A stretch of 64,000 bases of DNA from an uncultured Armatimonadetes bacterium (GTDB lineage: Bacteria > Armatimonadota > UBA5829 > DTJY01): contig OY970325.1 of assembly GCA_963717145.1 (NCBI GenBank), positions 3,456,001-3,520,000 of the forward strand, given 5' to 3'. Numbering within the stretch: position 1 is the first letter of the stretch; the number at the start of each line of letters is the position of its first letter. Of the stretch, positions 1 through 9,556 are shown piece after piece. The notes beneath the pieces are model-generated. The model was not told the origin of the DNA. It saw only the letters and a program-made list of their open reading frames with translations, and did not search any database. The position numbers and the translations under genes are program-made.

Positions 1-1
1 C

Positions 2-1570
2 CGACCACCGGATGCCGAACTCGCGCGGCTCGCCGGGGATCTCGTACTTGCAGTAGATGCCGGCCCATTCCTCGAGGCTGCCGAATGGGGCATGCGTGAA
101 CTTCGCGGCGTCGGCGGTTCGGATGTCGGACATCGGCCCGACGAGCCATGTGCCGCCCGCCTCGATCCACGCCTTCAGCCGCTCGCGGAGGTCGGCCTCG
201 TCGAGGGAGAGCAGGAACGGGCTGAAGATCATCCGGTAGTCGCTGAGATCTGTGGGCGGCAGGATGACATCAGGCCTCAGTTGCGCCTGGATGATCGGGC
301 GGTATACCCGATCCATGAACGCGCCGGTGTAATTGAACCCATTGATCAGCGGCTGCCACTCGGAGATCCATGAGGACTTGTGCGAGTAGTGCAGCCCGAG
401 CCCCGACTTCGACGGTCTCGTGCCGTTCAGGAACTCGGCGGCGGCCTCGAAGCCCCTGGATACCTCCTGCACCTCGACCGTGGTGTGCATCGGACGCCCC
501 TGGCTCGTGACGACCGCGCCGTGCATCAGCTCCTGGCCGCTCCAGTGCTGCCGCCAGAGCCAGTAGAGGTTCGCCTCGCCGCCCAGCGCGATCGGCAGCC
601 AGGTGTTGGCGCGGCAGAAGCCCGGCTCGCGGTATCCGTTCGTCGCGATCGAGCCGTTCCAGCAGGTCTGAGTCTCGGTGTTCCAGAACGGCGCGCGCTT
701 GATCGGCCTGCAGAGGTCGAACCAGAACGCCGCCTGCCAGAGGTTCTCCATGACGTTGTAGTGGTTGAACTGCACCACGTCGAGCGCCTTGTTCATGTCG
801 CCGTAATCCACGCCGTGTGTCGGCATCATGTCGGTGCCGATGGGATGCTTCGTGAGCCGGTGGAGGATATCCGCCTGGTGCTTCACGAACTCGACGTAGG
901 AGTCGCTGTTGAAGGCCGCCCACGCGGTCAGCAGAGACGGATGATGCCAGGTATCCGGATCGGGGATCGGGAGCTGATCGAACGACTGGTAGGTCTGGCT
1001 CCAGAGGTCGGTCCCCCACGCGTCGTTGAGCGCCTCGATCGTGCCGAACCGCGCCTTCATCGCCTCGCCGAACTTCGTGCGGCAGACCGGGCAGACGCAC
1101 GACCGCTCCCAGGTCAGCGGACTGACCTCGTTGTCGATCTGCCAGCCGATGATCCGCTCGTCCTGGCCGAACTCCTCCGCCATCTTCGTCGCGATCCGGC
1201 CGCAGTGGTCGCGGTAGACCGGGCTGTTCGGGCAGGTATGCCGCCGAGCGCCGTGGTAGGTCGCCTTCCCATCCGCGCGGACGAAGAGGACCTCGGGGTA
1301 CTTCTCGACGAGCCAGATCGGCGGGGTGCAGGACGGCGTGCACATGATGACGGATATCCCGGCCGCGCCGAGCTTCTCGACGACGAGGTGCAGCCAGTCG
1401 AAGTCGTACCGGCCTTCCTCGGGCTCCATGCGGCTCCAGGCGAACTCGCCGATCCGCATGACGTTCATGCCCGCGTCCTTCATTAGGGCGATGTCGGCGT
1501 CGATCTGTTCGAGCGGCCAGTCCTCGGGGTAGTATGCGGCCCCCAGATACGGCGGATTGCTTGGTTTCAC
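2..1570 (-). CDS. Beta-galactosidase, GH42-like (3' end runs off the window)
   Basis: Manual translation from GTG at 1570 (SD GGAGG): MKPSNPPYLGAAYYPEDWP..MNVMRIGEFAWSRMEPEEGRYDFDWL, a typical GH42 N-terminus. Missing from the ORF track because its stop lies outside the window. Confidence 0.85.
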   Translation of the reverse strand, partial: MKPSNPPYLGAAYYPEDWPLEQIDADIALMKDAGMNVMRIGEFAWSRMEPEEGRYDFDWLHLVVEKLGAAGISVIMCTPSCTPPIWLVEKYPEVLFVRADGKATYHGARRHTCPNSPVYRDHCGRIATKMAEEFGQDERIIGWQIDNEVSPLTWERSCVCPVCRTKFGEAMKARFGTIEALNDAWGTDLWSQTYQSFDQLPIPDPDTWHHPSLLTAWAAFNSDSYVEFVKHQADILHRLTKHPIGTDMMPTHGVDYGDMNKALDVVQFNHYNVMENLWQAAFWFDLCRPIKRAPFWNTETQTCWNGSIATNGYREPGFCRANTWLPIALGGEANLYWLWRQHWSGQELMHGAVVTSQGRPMHTTVEVQEVSRGFEAAAEFLNGTRPSKSGLGLHYSHKSSWISEWQPLINGFNYTGAFMDRVYRPIIQAQLRPDVILPPTDLSDYRMIFSPFLLSLDEADLRERLKAWIEAGGTWLVGPMSDIRTADAAKFTHAPFGSLEEWAGIYCKYEIPGEPREFGIRWS

Positions 1571-1595
1571 GGTAAACCTCCAATTGTCAGACAGG

Positions 1596-2471
1596 TCAGA
1601 CCGGTCCGACGAAGTGTGTTATCGGCGGGTTCTTCGGCGGGGAGGCCCGGTACTTGAACCTCGGATATCCGAGCGCGATCGCCGAGAAGACCTTGTGGTC
1701 CTTCGGGATGCCCGCCAGCGCCTTCATCCTCAGGTCCTTGTTCATCGGCTCGAAAACGAACCCGATCACGCACGCTCCGAGGCCGAGCGTCTCTGCCGCG
1801 AGCAGAATGTTCTCCGCATTGAAGACGGCATCCATCGGCGCACAGATATCCCATTTCGGCGCGTGGAGCAGGATGAGACACGGCGCATTGTAGATCATCA
1901 TGTCGCGCCCCCGGGCCTGCAATTCGAGCATCCAATCCATCAGCGGAACGAACGGCGCGATGCTCTCGTACATCCGACGCGCGGTCAGGCGCATGAGACC
2001 CTTGAGGAGCGGATTCTTCATCATGCGGGCCATCTTCCCAACCGCGATCGCCGCCCGTTCGGAGATCCCTTGTAGTGCCGCCGGATCGGTGACAGCAGTG
2101 TACTCGACGCTCTGGTTGTTGAGCGAACTCGGCGCTTCGACCGCCGCGAGGAGCAGCTTCTCGATCTCCGACCTCGGCACGGGATCGGGCTTGAACTCCC
2201 GACGCGACCGGCGCATCTTCAGGAACTTGAGGAACTGCTCGAAGCTCGGCCTTGCGGACTGATCCAACTTCTCGAACTGCGACGAATCGAGCGCGGAGTG
2301 GCTCATCGCGCCGGTCGGGCAGAAGGCGACGCAGTGCCCGCAGGCGAAACAGCTCGATCCATCGGCGGAATGAACCTTGCCGTCATCGCCCCGCTCGAAG
2401 TTCCCGAGCACGCAGATCTCCAGGCACAGCATGCACCCGTTGCACTTCTCAGCGTCGACTGTGATTGCCAT
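1596..2471 (-). CDS. Nitroreductase family protein with N-terminal 2x[4Fe-4S] ferredoxin domain
   Basis: CxxCxxCxxxC twice, RRSRREF nitroreductase motif, AAETLGLGAC. Confidence 0.9.
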   Translation of the reverse strand: MAITVDAEKCNGCMLCLEICVLGNFERGDDGKVHSADGSSCFACGHCVAFCPTGAMSHSALDSSQFEKLDQSARPSFEQFLKFLKMRRSRREFKPDPVPRSEIEKLLLAAVEAPSSLNNQSVEYTAVTDPAALQGISERAAIAVGKMARMMKNPLLKGLMRLTARRMYESIAPFVPLMDWMLELQARGRDMMIYNAPCLILLHAPKWDICAPMDAVFNAENILLAAETLGLGACVIGFVFEPMNKDLRMKALAGIPKDHKVFSAIALGYPRFKYRASPPKNPPITHFVGPV

Positions 2472-2510
2472 GGGCTAAGGATACCACGGGTCGGCTTTGC
2501 AGGGGAAGAC

Positions 2511-2617
2511 CCTTTGGAGTGCGGACCGGGAGGGCGAAGCTCCGTCTGAGCCGGGTTCTACGTCGGGTGCCGCCCGGCTCAGACGGAGCTTCGCCCTCCC
2601 GGTCCGCACTCCAAAGG
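2511..2617. repeat. Composite REP-like palindrome with 45-bp perfect inverted arms
   Basis: CCTTTGGAGTGCGGACCGGGAGGGCGAAGCTCCGTCTGAGCCGGG and its exact reverse complement at 2573-2617. Confidence 0.95.
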
Positions 2618-2626
2618 TGGTATAAT
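2618..2626 (+). promoter_or_regulatory. Extended -10 promoter (TGGTATAAT) for add, probably leaderless
   Basis: TATAAT ends 6 nt before ATG 2633 and no SD is visible. Confidence 0.55.
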
Positions 2627-2632
2627 CCCCCT

Positions 2633-3626
2633 ATGCGTGACGAACTGCTCCGACTACCGAAGATCGATCTCCACCGCCACCTGGAAGGCACGGTGAGGCC
2701 CGCCACCATCGCCGATATCTGCCGCGACCGGGGTGTGCCGCTCCCCACATACGACCCGGACGAACTCGCGAAGATCGTACAGCTATCCGGGCCGGTCGCC
2801 GACCTGGGCGAGTTCCTCATCCCGTTCCGCACGGTCAAGATGTGCTTCATCGACCGCGAGGCGATCGCCCAGATCGCGTTCGAGGCGGTCGAGGATGCTC
2901 ACCTCGACAACATCAGCTACGTCGAGCTGCGGTTCAGCCCGGAGTTCATGGCGTTCTACTACGAGCTGGAACTGACCGATGTCATGGACGGCATCGTGGA
3001 GGGGATCGAGTCCGCCGCGCGACGATATCCCGACACCACGGCGAAGATGATCGTGAGCATCAGCCGCGATCTCTCGGAGGAGACGATGCACATGCCCTGG
3101 CCGAATCCGGTCGAGATCGCGCGCCTCGCCCTCGACTACGCCGATCGCGGCGTCGTCGGCCTCGACATCGCCGGCCGCGAGGATGGATACCCCCCGGAGC
3201 TGTTCGTCGATCCGTTCCGCATGATCCGCGATGCCGGCCTCGGGGTCACGGTCCACGCCGGTGAGGACGCCGGGCCCGAGAGCGTCCGAGGCGCGATCGA
3301 ATCGCTCGGGGCGACGCGGATCGGGCACGGGGTGAGGGTCGTGGGCGATCCGGAGGTCGTGGCGCTGGTAAAGGATCGCGGAGTCTACCTGGAGTTGTGC
3401 CCGACGAGCAACGTGATGACGAGGGCGGTCGAGTCGCTCGAAGAAACATCCGGTCCGACGCCTCTACGACGCCGGCGTCCCGATCACGATCAACACCGAC
3501 GACCCGTCGGTCTGCGCGACTACCCTCACGCGCGAGTACGAATTGCTCGTCGATCACTTCGGGTTCACACTGGGGGAGATAGAGGGCCTGATTGACGCTG
3601 CGAAGAGAGCGGCATTCTGGACGTAG
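2633..3626 (+). CDS. add: Adenosine deaminase (one frameshift near 3445)
   Basis: DLHRHLEG, TVHAGE, RIGHG and ELCPTSN motifs. Removing one A in GAAGAAACAT restores HPVRRLYDAGVPITINTDDP...AAFWT*. Confidence 0.9.
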
Positions 3627-3647
3627 ATTGCGGCGCTCTACGTGCAT

Positions 3648-4133
3648 CTAGTCGGGCAGGGCTCTGTACCATCTCAGTATCAGATAGTAAGAGATCGACC
3701 CGTAGGCGAACAGAGCCACGACCAGCGCTCCCGTAGTGCTACCACACCAAGGCCAACCGAGCCTATAGGTGGAGCATATCAGATCGCTCGTTCCGTAAGT
3801 AAGAAGAATAGCCGTGAAGCCTGTCAGTGCGGAGACAATTCTGGCTGAGCGGTATCTGCCTGATACCCGAAATCGCTCTCGATCGCCACCTGAGCCCACA
3901 AGCGCCAACATCATGAACGGAATGACCAGCAGGGAAATGCCTATCCCTCCTACTAACGCCCCCGCTGCCAAACCTGTGAGAAGATCGATGACCCCCGGCC
4001 TCATCTCCCTGAAGTATGGGACTAACACCCACAGGAGTACGAGCACGAACATCCATGATGAGAAGAATGTTGAAGCCGAGCACATCTTGCCTGATGTCCG
4101 CGTAGTCCGCTTTGCCGGGCTGGTACGGAGCAT
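3648..4133 (-). CDS. Hypothetical membrane protein (about 4 TM segments)
   Basis: 161-aa ORF with hydrophobic stretches filling the gap; start uncertain. Confidence 0.5.
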   Translation of the reverse strand: MLRTSPAKRTTRTSGKMCSASTFFSSWMFVLVLLWVLVPYFREMRPGVIDLLTGLAAGALVGGIGISLLVIPFMMLALVGSGGDRERFRVSGRYRSARIVSALTGFTAILLTYGTSDLICSTYRLGWPWCGSTTGALVVALFAYGSISYYLILRWYRALPD

Positions 4134-4217
4134 TCTCTCCGTGCATGGTTCTGCTCCTTTCGACTGTCGTGCTCCCGCGATCCAGTGCGGTCACATCCTC
4201 CACACAAACACGCGAGG

Positions 4218-6017
4218 TCAATCCTTGAAGCGGTCGAGTTCGACGATGCAGGCGCCGCGGCTGAAGGTGACGCCACGGCGCTGGTCGCAGGGGTACTTGA
4301 GGGCGTTGTCGAGGTTGATCCGCATCTCGAACGCCGCCTTGCGCTCCGGTGATCCCTCGGGGGAGGAGCTTTCCAGGTCATCCAGTATCGCCCTGTAGCC
4401 CATGAAGTTCTCCAACTTCCCGTAGTAGTGCTTGTCGAGGTACCCGCAGAACGCTTCCTCGTCCTCGGCGCATATCAGAAACGCCGCGTAGCCTCCGACT
4501 CCCGCGCCCATGAGCTTGCCCCCGAGGAACCCCGGTCCGCCGTGGGCGATCTCGAACAGCAGGTCGAACTGAGCGTTGCTGACCCGGAAGTCCTCGCGCA
4601 GGGTCGCCTGAATGCCGTCCATCAGCGAGCCGATTTGCCGCCGATATTCATCGTATTCGTGCGAATCGACGCTGATCTCCCCGGATTCCAGCCGGGAATG
4701 GGCCTCGTTCAGGATGCGCTCAATGCTCCGACCGATGAGGTTCTGCCTGTGGAAGAACTCCGCCGCGCTCCGGACCCGGTAGCCGCGCTCGTCGGCATTC
4801 GGGACGGGGAAGTCACGAGCCATCGACTCCTCGCTGCGGCCCAGGATGCGCCCGGCGTCCGCGGGCATGATCTCCTCGGGGAGCAAGCCTATCAACTCCT
4901 CGATCGCCTGGTCCGGCGCCCCGAGCAGGTCCTCCGCCAGACTGCCGAGGTGATTGTATCGTGCTCTGATCGAATCCCACAATTCGGGGCGTGATCCGAG
5001 GAGCGGGGCTTCGCGCTCGCCGTAGTGGCCGTGCCTCGGTGCCGGCCTGTCTCCGTCGGAGGCCGGCTCAGAGGCACGGCCACTACTCTCTATGATCTCC
5101 AGCAGCATCTCGTCCGCCAGGTTCATCCATCCCTTGCGAAGGCCGATGATGCGCCTGGCCCCGAGGTACGGGCTGACCTCCCAGAGCGAATTGGCGATCA
5201 CGACCTTGACCCCATGGAGCGGAGGAAGCGGCGTGCACTCGATCGGCCTCTTCGAGTGCCGGTTGTAGAGCAGGCCGTTCGGCTCGTTGCGCAGGATGGT
5301 GGTCTGATCGTTCGCCCCACCCCGCGTGCCGACGTACCATTCGGCCTCGCCGAGGAGATTGCAGACCTCGCCGTCGGTCCACGCGGGTAGCTGCTCCTTG
5401 TTCGCCAGGTAGAGGGCCAGGAACGCGAGCACGATGATCGCGGAGGACGAACTCATGCCGGTCCGAAGCGGAAGGCTGCTCGGGCCGAACGTCATATCGA
5501 CGCCGCGAAGGAACAGGTCGGGCGACTCCCATGCCACTCGCAGGAACGGGCTTCGGATGTAGTTCAGCCACTCGTTGCGAGCGTGCCCGTGGTGCGGAAA
5601 TATCTTCGTGCGCGAACGCCAATCGTCGGGGAGGCCGATATCCGAATCCCAGGGCGCGCTGCGGAACAGGTCGATCTGCTCCGATATGCAGAAGCGTCCG
5701 GGCGGGAACATCGGGTAGGCGTTCACGGCCGTCACCATGTCGTCGTCCCGGAGGCTGATCGCCACCGGGATATCACCGTCGATCGTGGTGGAGATGTGGT
5801 CGCCCGCGCAGAGGTCCATGTATTCGTGGAAGGCGTTCAGTCGTCCCGGCGCGCGGAGGAGATACGTCGGCTGCTCGGCGAATCGAGCGGCGTGGATGCG
5901 CATGGTGGCGATCATCCGCTCGCGCTGGCGGGAGACGTACTCAGTGTCCGAATTGGCGTAGATCGACTCGCCGAGGTATTGTATCAGCTCGTCGGATCCC
6001 CGCTTCAGAATCTTCAC
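4218..6017 (-). CDS. GHMP-family sugar kinase (galactokinase-like) with in-frame palindromic insertion
   Basis: APGRLN, PLRTGMSSSSA, GGANDQ and KLMGAGVGG motifs. The true start may lie upstream (SD-preceded ATG at 6069 is out of frame). Confidence 0.8.
   Translation of the reverse strand: MKILKRGSDELIQYLGESIYANSDTEYVSRQRERMIATMRIHAARFAEQPTYLLRAPGRLNAFHEYMDLCAGDHISTTIDGDIPVAISLRDDDMVTAVNAYPMFPPGRFCISEQIDLFRSAPWDSDIGLPDDWRSRTKIFPHHGHARNEWLNYIRSPFLRVAWESPDLFLRGVDMTFGPSSLPLRTGMSSSSAIIVLAFLALYLANKEQLPAWTDGEVCNLLGEAEWYVGTRGGANDQTTILRNEPNGLLYNRHSKRPIECTPLPPLHGVKVVIANSLWEVSPYLGARRIIGLRKGWMNLADEMLLEIIESSGRASEPASDGDRPAPRHGHYGEREAPLLGSRPELWDSIRARYNHLGSLAEDLLGAPDQAIEELIGLLPEEIMPADAGRILGRSEESMARDFPVPNADERGYRVRSAAEFFHRQNLIGRSIERILNEAHSRLESGEISVDSHEYDEYRRQIGSLMDGIQATLREDFRVSNAQFDLLFEIAHGGPGFLGGKLMGAGVGGYAAFLICAEDEEAFCGYLDKHYYGKLENFMGYRAILDDLESSSPEGSPERKAAFEMRINLDNALKYPCDQRRGVTFSRGACIVELDRFKD
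5022..5086. repeat. GTAG-type REP palindrome inside the kinase CDS
   Basis: GTAGTGGCCGTGCCTC...GAGGCACGGCCACTAC, 16-bp perfect arms plus inner 8-bp arms. Confidence 0.85.
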
Positions 6018-6107
6018 TCAGTTCGAGCGACGGCATCGGTACGCCGCCGAAAGCGAACGGCCGGCTCATGCTGGTTTGCTCCCCTGACGCCAGATTGTGG
6101 TGGACTC

Positions 6108-6136
6108 AGTATAGTACCGGATCGCCCGAGTGTCAA
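6108..6136 (-). promoter_or_regulatory. Sigma70-type promoter for the kinase
   Basis: TTGACA-17 nt-TATACT on the minus strand. Confidence 0.7.
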
Positions 6137-6144
6137 TCAGTCTT

Positions 6145-6459
6145 TGGAGTGCGCAGACGGGAAACACGAATGGCACGAATGGACGAATGACCGGAAGGGA
6201 AAGACCGGATCGTGGTCATCGGAAGTTCTGTTGGCAACCACATAGCTCATATTCATGCGCTGCCGTCACACGAATGGAAGGCGAATTGACTGCATGTGGG
6301 CGCGGGATTGGCCTGTATTCGCTTCCCCATTCGTGTACTGCCACCGCATGAGCATGACCTATCTCCTCGTCAACAAAGCCACGGCTGAGCACTCTCTGGT
6401 TTCAATCCCCCCTTATTCGTCCATTCGTGCGATTCGTGTTTCTCCGCTTCCGCACTCCA
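6145..6459. repeat. About 280-bp element bounded by inverted repeats (MITE-like), copy 1, with outer TGGAGTGCG arms
   Basis: GAAACACGAATGGCACGAATGGACGAAT...ATTCGTCCATTCGTGCGATTCGTGTTTC; homologous to 10204-10488. Confidence 0.8.
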
Positions 6460-6497
6460 TATAGAGGACTGAAGGTCGATATGCCGAACAGAACAGC

Positions 6498-7607
6498 ATG
6501 AAGACTTTGATTGTGCTCTCTCTGATGCTGATCGTTTCGGGTGTACGGGCTGGATGGCTGCAGAGCACCGACATGTGCAACGGCTGGTACAAAGCATGGA
6601 CCGACGAGGCCATCAAGGATATGCGTGATGTGCCGTTCGTGATCGGTGTGCCGCTCGATAGGGCGGTCATCGAGAAGGCTCACAGGCAGGGCACGAAGGT
6701 GCTCGCATACGTCACCTTCTACCAGATGCCGCCACACCCCTACCAGCGGACGGAGCTTGCCAAGCACCCTGATTGGAACGTCATCAAGCCGGACGGATCG
6801 ATCGGCATCTCTGTCTTCGAGGGCACGGAGAACACCGGCTGGAAGACGGTCTGCCCGAACTCGCCGGCATTCCGGGACTATGCCATCGCCTACACCAAGT
6901 ACATGATGGACCTCGGCGTCGACGGTCTGTTCATCGACAATGCCCATCCCGACGTGTACTGCGAGGGCCCGAAGTTCAAGCGCCACCGGCATCTCTACAA
7001 GGACAAGGACAACAACTACGCCTACCGGAAGCTCCTCGAGGCCGTGCGGTATCGAGTCAGGCGGTATGGCGACGATAAGGTGGTCTTCGTAAACGCCGGT
7101 AACCCGAATTCGGAGTGGGTCGGCGCATGCGACGGTCAGATGTTCGAGTCGTACATCTGCACCTGGGCATCGAATCAGCGGTGGCACAACGAGTCGACCC
7201 TGCTCGGCTACCAGCGCACGTGGGGTCCGCAGGCCGACAAGGGGCACCCGCTCATCGCGCTCTCGTATATCGGCCACACGGCGAATCCTCCTCGCGAGGA
7301 TGCGTTCTACTGCTTCGGCTGGGCGCGGCTCTCGGGCTTCATCTGGGCGGACTGGTTCACGGCGAAGGACACTGCGCGCGACCTGTACAAGCTCCGGCTC
7401 GGGAAAGCGCTGGGCCCGATGAAGACCGGCGATGGTTCCTATACGCGCGAATTCGAGAAGGGCATAGTGGTTGTGACGAGCGACTCACGTGGCGCGAAGA
7501 TCACCCTCCCCGGCAAGAAGCTGCACGATGTCTTCGCGGGGGAGGACCTGGCGTCGAATACGATCACCCTCGACAAGGCCGTCGGAAGGGTCTATCTGCG
7601 GAAGTAG
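6498..7607 (+). CDS. Secreted putative glycoside hydrolase (TIM-barrel type)
   Basis: Signal peptide, KVLAYVTF, GVDGLFIDN, C-terminal YTREFEKGIVVV. Confidence 0.65.
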   Translation: MKTLIVLSLMLIVSGVRAGWLQSTDMCNGWYKAWTDEAIKDMRDVPFVIGVPLDRAVIEKAHRQGTKVLAYVTFYQMPPHPYQRTELAKHPDWNVIKPDGSIGISVFEGTENTGWKTVCPNSPAFRDYAIAYTKYMMDLGVDGLFIDNAHPDVYCEGPKFKRHRHLYKDKDNNYAYRKLLEAVRYRVRRYGDDKVVFVNAGNPNSEWVGACDGQMFESYICTWASNQRWHNESTLLGYQRTWGPQADKGHPLIALSYIGHTANPPREDAFYCFGWARLSGFIWADWFTAKDTARDLYKLRLGKALGPMKTGDGSYTREFEKGIVVVTSDSRGAKITLPGKKLHDVFAGEDLASNTITLDKAVGRVYLRK

Positions 7608-7610
7608 CAA

Positions 7611-8213
7611 TCACCAGAGCCCGAGCTTGCGGAGCCGTCTCTGAACCGCGCCGGTTGATACCTCGAATCGTCGAGCTATCGCACCGGCAACTGCGGAGCG
7701 GCTGTAGACTGAGAGCTGGGCCAAGCTCATATCCTCACCTTCCACTTTCCCGATAGCCGTTCTGAACTCAGCAAGCAGAGTATTCTCCGGGAGAAGAAGA
7801 GCTCCGGCAAACCAGTACGCCTGGTGCTCGAACCAGCTATGTTCCCGCTCGGAGAGACTTAGGTAGAACTCGATCCATTCCTCTTCCGAGGCAATCCCCA
7901 GGCCACCGATAATGTCGGAGTGCAGAACACGATGGCCAAGTTCATGTGCCAGGGTGAATCGATAACGCGGCCACTGACGCTCAAGAACGTGCTGATCGAC
8001 TGTGATTGTGGTTGCATCGAGTGACATAATGCCATCAATGCCGTATCCACTCAACAACCCACGGTATGGTACTATGCTGAGTCCAAGGTCAATCTCCACC
8101 AGAGCTTCGACATCAACCGGCACCTCACCGAGACGCCCATTCTGCTCCAGTAGTTGTGCTGCCCGATCGTTCACATCGAGGTAAGTAAGGATCGCAGCTT
8201 GGACTGGTTTCAA
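7611..8213 (-). CDS. ImmA/IrrE family metallo-endopeptidase
   Basis: RFTLAHELGH (HExxH), EHQAYWFAGALLLP, C-terminal HTH-like segment. Confidence 0.9.
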   Translation of the reverse strand: MKPVQAAILTYLDVNDRAAQLLEQNGRLGEVPVDVEALVEIDLGLSIVPYRGLLSGYGIDGIMSLDATTITVDQHVLERQWPRYRFTLAHELGHRVLHSDIIGGLGIASEEEWIEFYLSLSEREHSWFEHQAYWFAGALLLPENTLLAEFRTAIGKVEGEDMSLAQLSVYSRSAVAGAIARRFEVSTGAVQRRLRKLGLW

Positions 8214-8217
8214 TCCG

Positions 8218-8595
8218 CTATGCCCTCCGGATCGTTTCTATGAGACTCTCAAGTTGTTCCCTGGATAGCTTCTTGCCGCTCACGGTTCTCAGGAGCAAGG
8301 GCAGCTTCGGCACCAACTCCTCATCCATGAGCACATCTCCAGGTATCTGTCCGGCACAAGCCAGCCCCAGATCAACGAACTCCTGCCACTGTTCGCTTGC
8401 CTCTCCGAGCCCCAGCGCTCGGGCATACTGCTCAAGCTTCTCAACCGACTGCGGCGGTGACAACAGACCTCGCTCAAGTTTGCTGATATTGCCCGGGTCA
8501 TACTCATGTTTGACACAGAACTGCCTCAAGGTCTGTCCGCTCTCGATGCGAAGCTGTTTGAACAACTCCCCAAAAGCCTTCGCCATAATGGTCAA
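8218..8595 (-). CDS. XRE-family HTH transcriptional regulator
   Basis: FGELFKQLRIESGQTLRQF...GNISKLERG; lies directly upstream of the ImmA-like gene. Confidence 0.85.
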   Translation of the reverse strand: MTIMAKAFGELFKQLRIESGQTLRQFCVKHEYDPGNISKLERGLLSPPQSVEKLEQYARALGLGEASEQWQEFVDLGLACAGQIPGDVLMDEELVPKLPLLLRTVSGKKLSREQLESLIETIRRA

Positions 8596-8671
8596 CCCCT
8601 TTCGTCACCCCTCGAACACCGGTGCTTCACATGTTTCACGCTCGTAGTCTGAGAACCAGGGTGTTGTAATC

Positions 8672-8699
8672 ATTATACAACATTGTCGGGAAATGTCAA
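8672..8699 (-). promoter_or_regulatory. Sigma70-type promoter for the XRE-ImmA pair
   Basis: TTGACA-16 nt-TATAAT on the minus strand. Confidence 0.7.
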
Positions 8700-8729
8700 A
8701 CTTCTTTTCAGGGTCTGCGAGAATCATCG

Positions 8730-9491
8730 CTAGAGCAGCTTCGGCAGGAGTTCCGCCATCGTGATCAGGTCGAGGGCGTTGTGGTGGAAGATGCCCTCGA
8801 GCGGGGCGGCGTTTCCCGTGCGGACGAACTGGTGATACAGCTCGGGGATCAAGTGACCCGGCGTGTCGCCATGCCTCCTCCGGCCGCAGAGGTGCTCCTC
8901 CAGCGTCTGGAGTTTGCAGTTCGGCAGCTTTCCCCTCCATTGCCGCCGAGCGTGCTGAAGCAGGTCGAGATGCTCCTGCTCGAACTCGCACCACAGCCGG
9001 TGGAAGACCATCCGGTCGCGCATGTAGGGGACGTCGAACGTCTTGCCGTTGTAGGTGACGAGCATCCCGTAGCCTGAGACGATATCCGCCAGATGCCCGA
9101 GGAGCGCTCGCTCCTCCGAGTAGTCGCGGGCGAAGAACTGCTCGATGACGACCTCATCGCCTCGGACGAGCAGCGTTCCGATGAGGAACAGAGGACAATT
9201 CGCCAGGCCGCAGGTCTCGATGTCGAGGAACAAGACCTCCTCCGGCGATCGACCGAGCTGGGCCACCCCACCGATCGACGCGAGGACCGATTCTGCGTCC
9301 TTCGGCAGCAGGACATCGAGCCTCCGCTCGCAGACATACAGATCGCCGTGCTGATGAGTGTGTACTCGACCGGGCAGTGCCTCCTCCAGCGTGACGACAT
9401 GAGGCTCGGAGGCGGGCTCAGGGGCCGGCTCCACGGAGGGCCGCTCGCGGTTCACTCGGGACAGTCTTCGGCGGAGTTCGGGGTCAAGCAT
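8730..9491 (-). CDS. YprB/MrfB-like RNase H-fold (RNase_H_2) exonuclease
   Basis: FLDIETCGL, TYNGKTFDVPY, HLDLL, HNALDL motifs. The ORF-track extension to 9542 is heptamer repeat. Confidence 0.85.
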   Translation of the reverse strand: MLDPELRRRLSRVNRERPSVEPAPEPASEPHVVTLEEALPGRVHTHQHGDLYVCERRLDVLLPKDAESVLASIGGVAQLGRSPEEVLFLDIETCGLANCPLFLIGTLLVRGDEVVIEQFFARDYSEERALLGHLADIVSGYGMLVTYNGKTFDVPYMRDRMVFHRLWCEFEQEHLDLLQHARRQWRGKLPNCKLQTLEEHLCGRRRHGDTPGHLIPELYHQFVRTGNAAPLEGIFHHNALDLITMAELLPKLL

Positions 9492-9503
9492 GGGAAAACC
9501 AAG

Positions 9504-9556
9504 TGATCGGTGATCGGTGACCGGTGACCGGTGACTGATCACTGATAACTGATCAC
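9504..9556. repeat. Degenerate heptamer tandem repeat (GTGATCG/GTGACCG-like)
   Basis: About 8 units between lexA and the yprB-like gene. Confidence 0.8.

Noticed and set aside
270-1583. 437-aa minus and 368-aa plus ORFs in the track
   Set aside because: Shadow frames of the GH42 gene, which lies in another minus frame and lacks a stop in the window.
9492-9542. N-terminal ORF extensions of the yprB-like gene (similarly recO, add, trpB, trpC)
   Set aside because: These run through repeats or the upstream gene; better starts exist downstream, so they are not counted as coding insertions.
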